Virus record (IMG/VR): IMGVR_UViG_3300020413_000061
Coordinates: 1-27,264 of that record
Reading direction: 5' to 3' (one strand)
Source of the DNA: a virus
Taxonomy: Duplodnaviria > Caudoviricetes
Length of the DNA: 27,264 bases
Under the pieces are notes generated by a model. It saw only the letters and a program-made list of their open reading frames with translations, was not told where the DNA came from and searched no databases. Shown here piece after piece: positions 27,043-27,264 of this stretch. The first letter of the stretch is position 1, and every line of letters starts with the position of its first letter. A program made the position numbers and the translations under genes.

Positions 27043-27115
27043 ATTTTTTCTTTTTATCTCCTAATTGTTCCCAGAACACATCAAGTGGGTTCTGAGGTTT
27101 ATCTTCACCCCCCAT
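26939..27115 (-). CDS. Possible small basic protein (58 aa) overlapping the next gene
   Basis: ATG 27115 preceded by GGGGGA. Fills the gap after the holin-like gene but overlaps the downstream gene by 104 nt. Confidence 0.4.
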   Translation of the reverse strand: MGGEDKPQNPLDVFWEQLGDKKKKYVRSYRSDKRNIQTKKEHAVTDGRPSTNTRKRRS

Positions 27116-27144
27116 AATTTCCCCCAATGTAAATTTAAGTCAAA

Positions 27145-27264
27145 CTATTTTTTCTTGAAAATATCTGCGCCCTTAAGTCCGTATATTGATGCGACCACGC
27201 CGACAAACAGCGTCTGGTACCAGAAAGGGAGATTATTAAACTGTTCAAAGAACATGTGCAATTT
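27145..27264 (-). CDS. C-terminus of a holin-like membrane protein (3TM holin type), truncated at the right edge
   Basis: Manual translation KLHMFFEQFNNLPFWYQTLFVGVVASIYGLKGADIFKKK*: LPxWY, a TM helix and a basic tail. Confidence 0.7.
   Translation of the reverse strand, partial: KLHMFFEQFNNLPFWYQTLFVGVVASIYGLKGADIFKKK

Noticed and set aside
27116-27143. TTGACT -35-like hexamer after the holin-like gene
   Set aside because: No acceptable -10 element at 16-18 nt spacing.
1-27264. CRISPR array, tRNA, rRNA or IS element
   Set aside because: The window is almost fully coding, and no spaced repeats, cloverleaf or transposase were recognised by eye.

Overview
AT-rich fragment of a tailed dsDNA phage genome. 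Every supportable gene is on the minus strand, and together they form the late/morphogenesis region of a short-tailed (podovirus-like) phage. In transcription order (right to left): holin-like gene end, small ORFs, GroES co-chaperonin, scaffold, capsid accessory proteins, major capsid protein, neck/adaptor proteins, a cassette of tail fibres (collagen repeats, Peptidase_S74 chaperones, putative adhesin), nozzle, small ORFs, an acyltransferase, four probable ejection proteins (432, 401, 396, 1817 aa), a membrane-anchored protein and the start of an M15 peptidase endolysin. The layout resembles marine alphaproteobacterial (pelagiphage-like) podoviruses, but that host call is tentative. Best candidate for a new system: an HlyC/RtxC-family RTX-toxin acyltransferase, with no toxin or type I secretion genes in the window, translationally coupled to the first ejection protein. 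The ejection proteins also share a repeated [FYL]xxGG motif. Other oddities are a HAD phosphatase domain inserted into a neck-region protein, an AP2/HNH-like module on the giant ejection protein, and a cupredoxin-like domain in a tail protein. All family calls come from manual motif recognition, not database searches.
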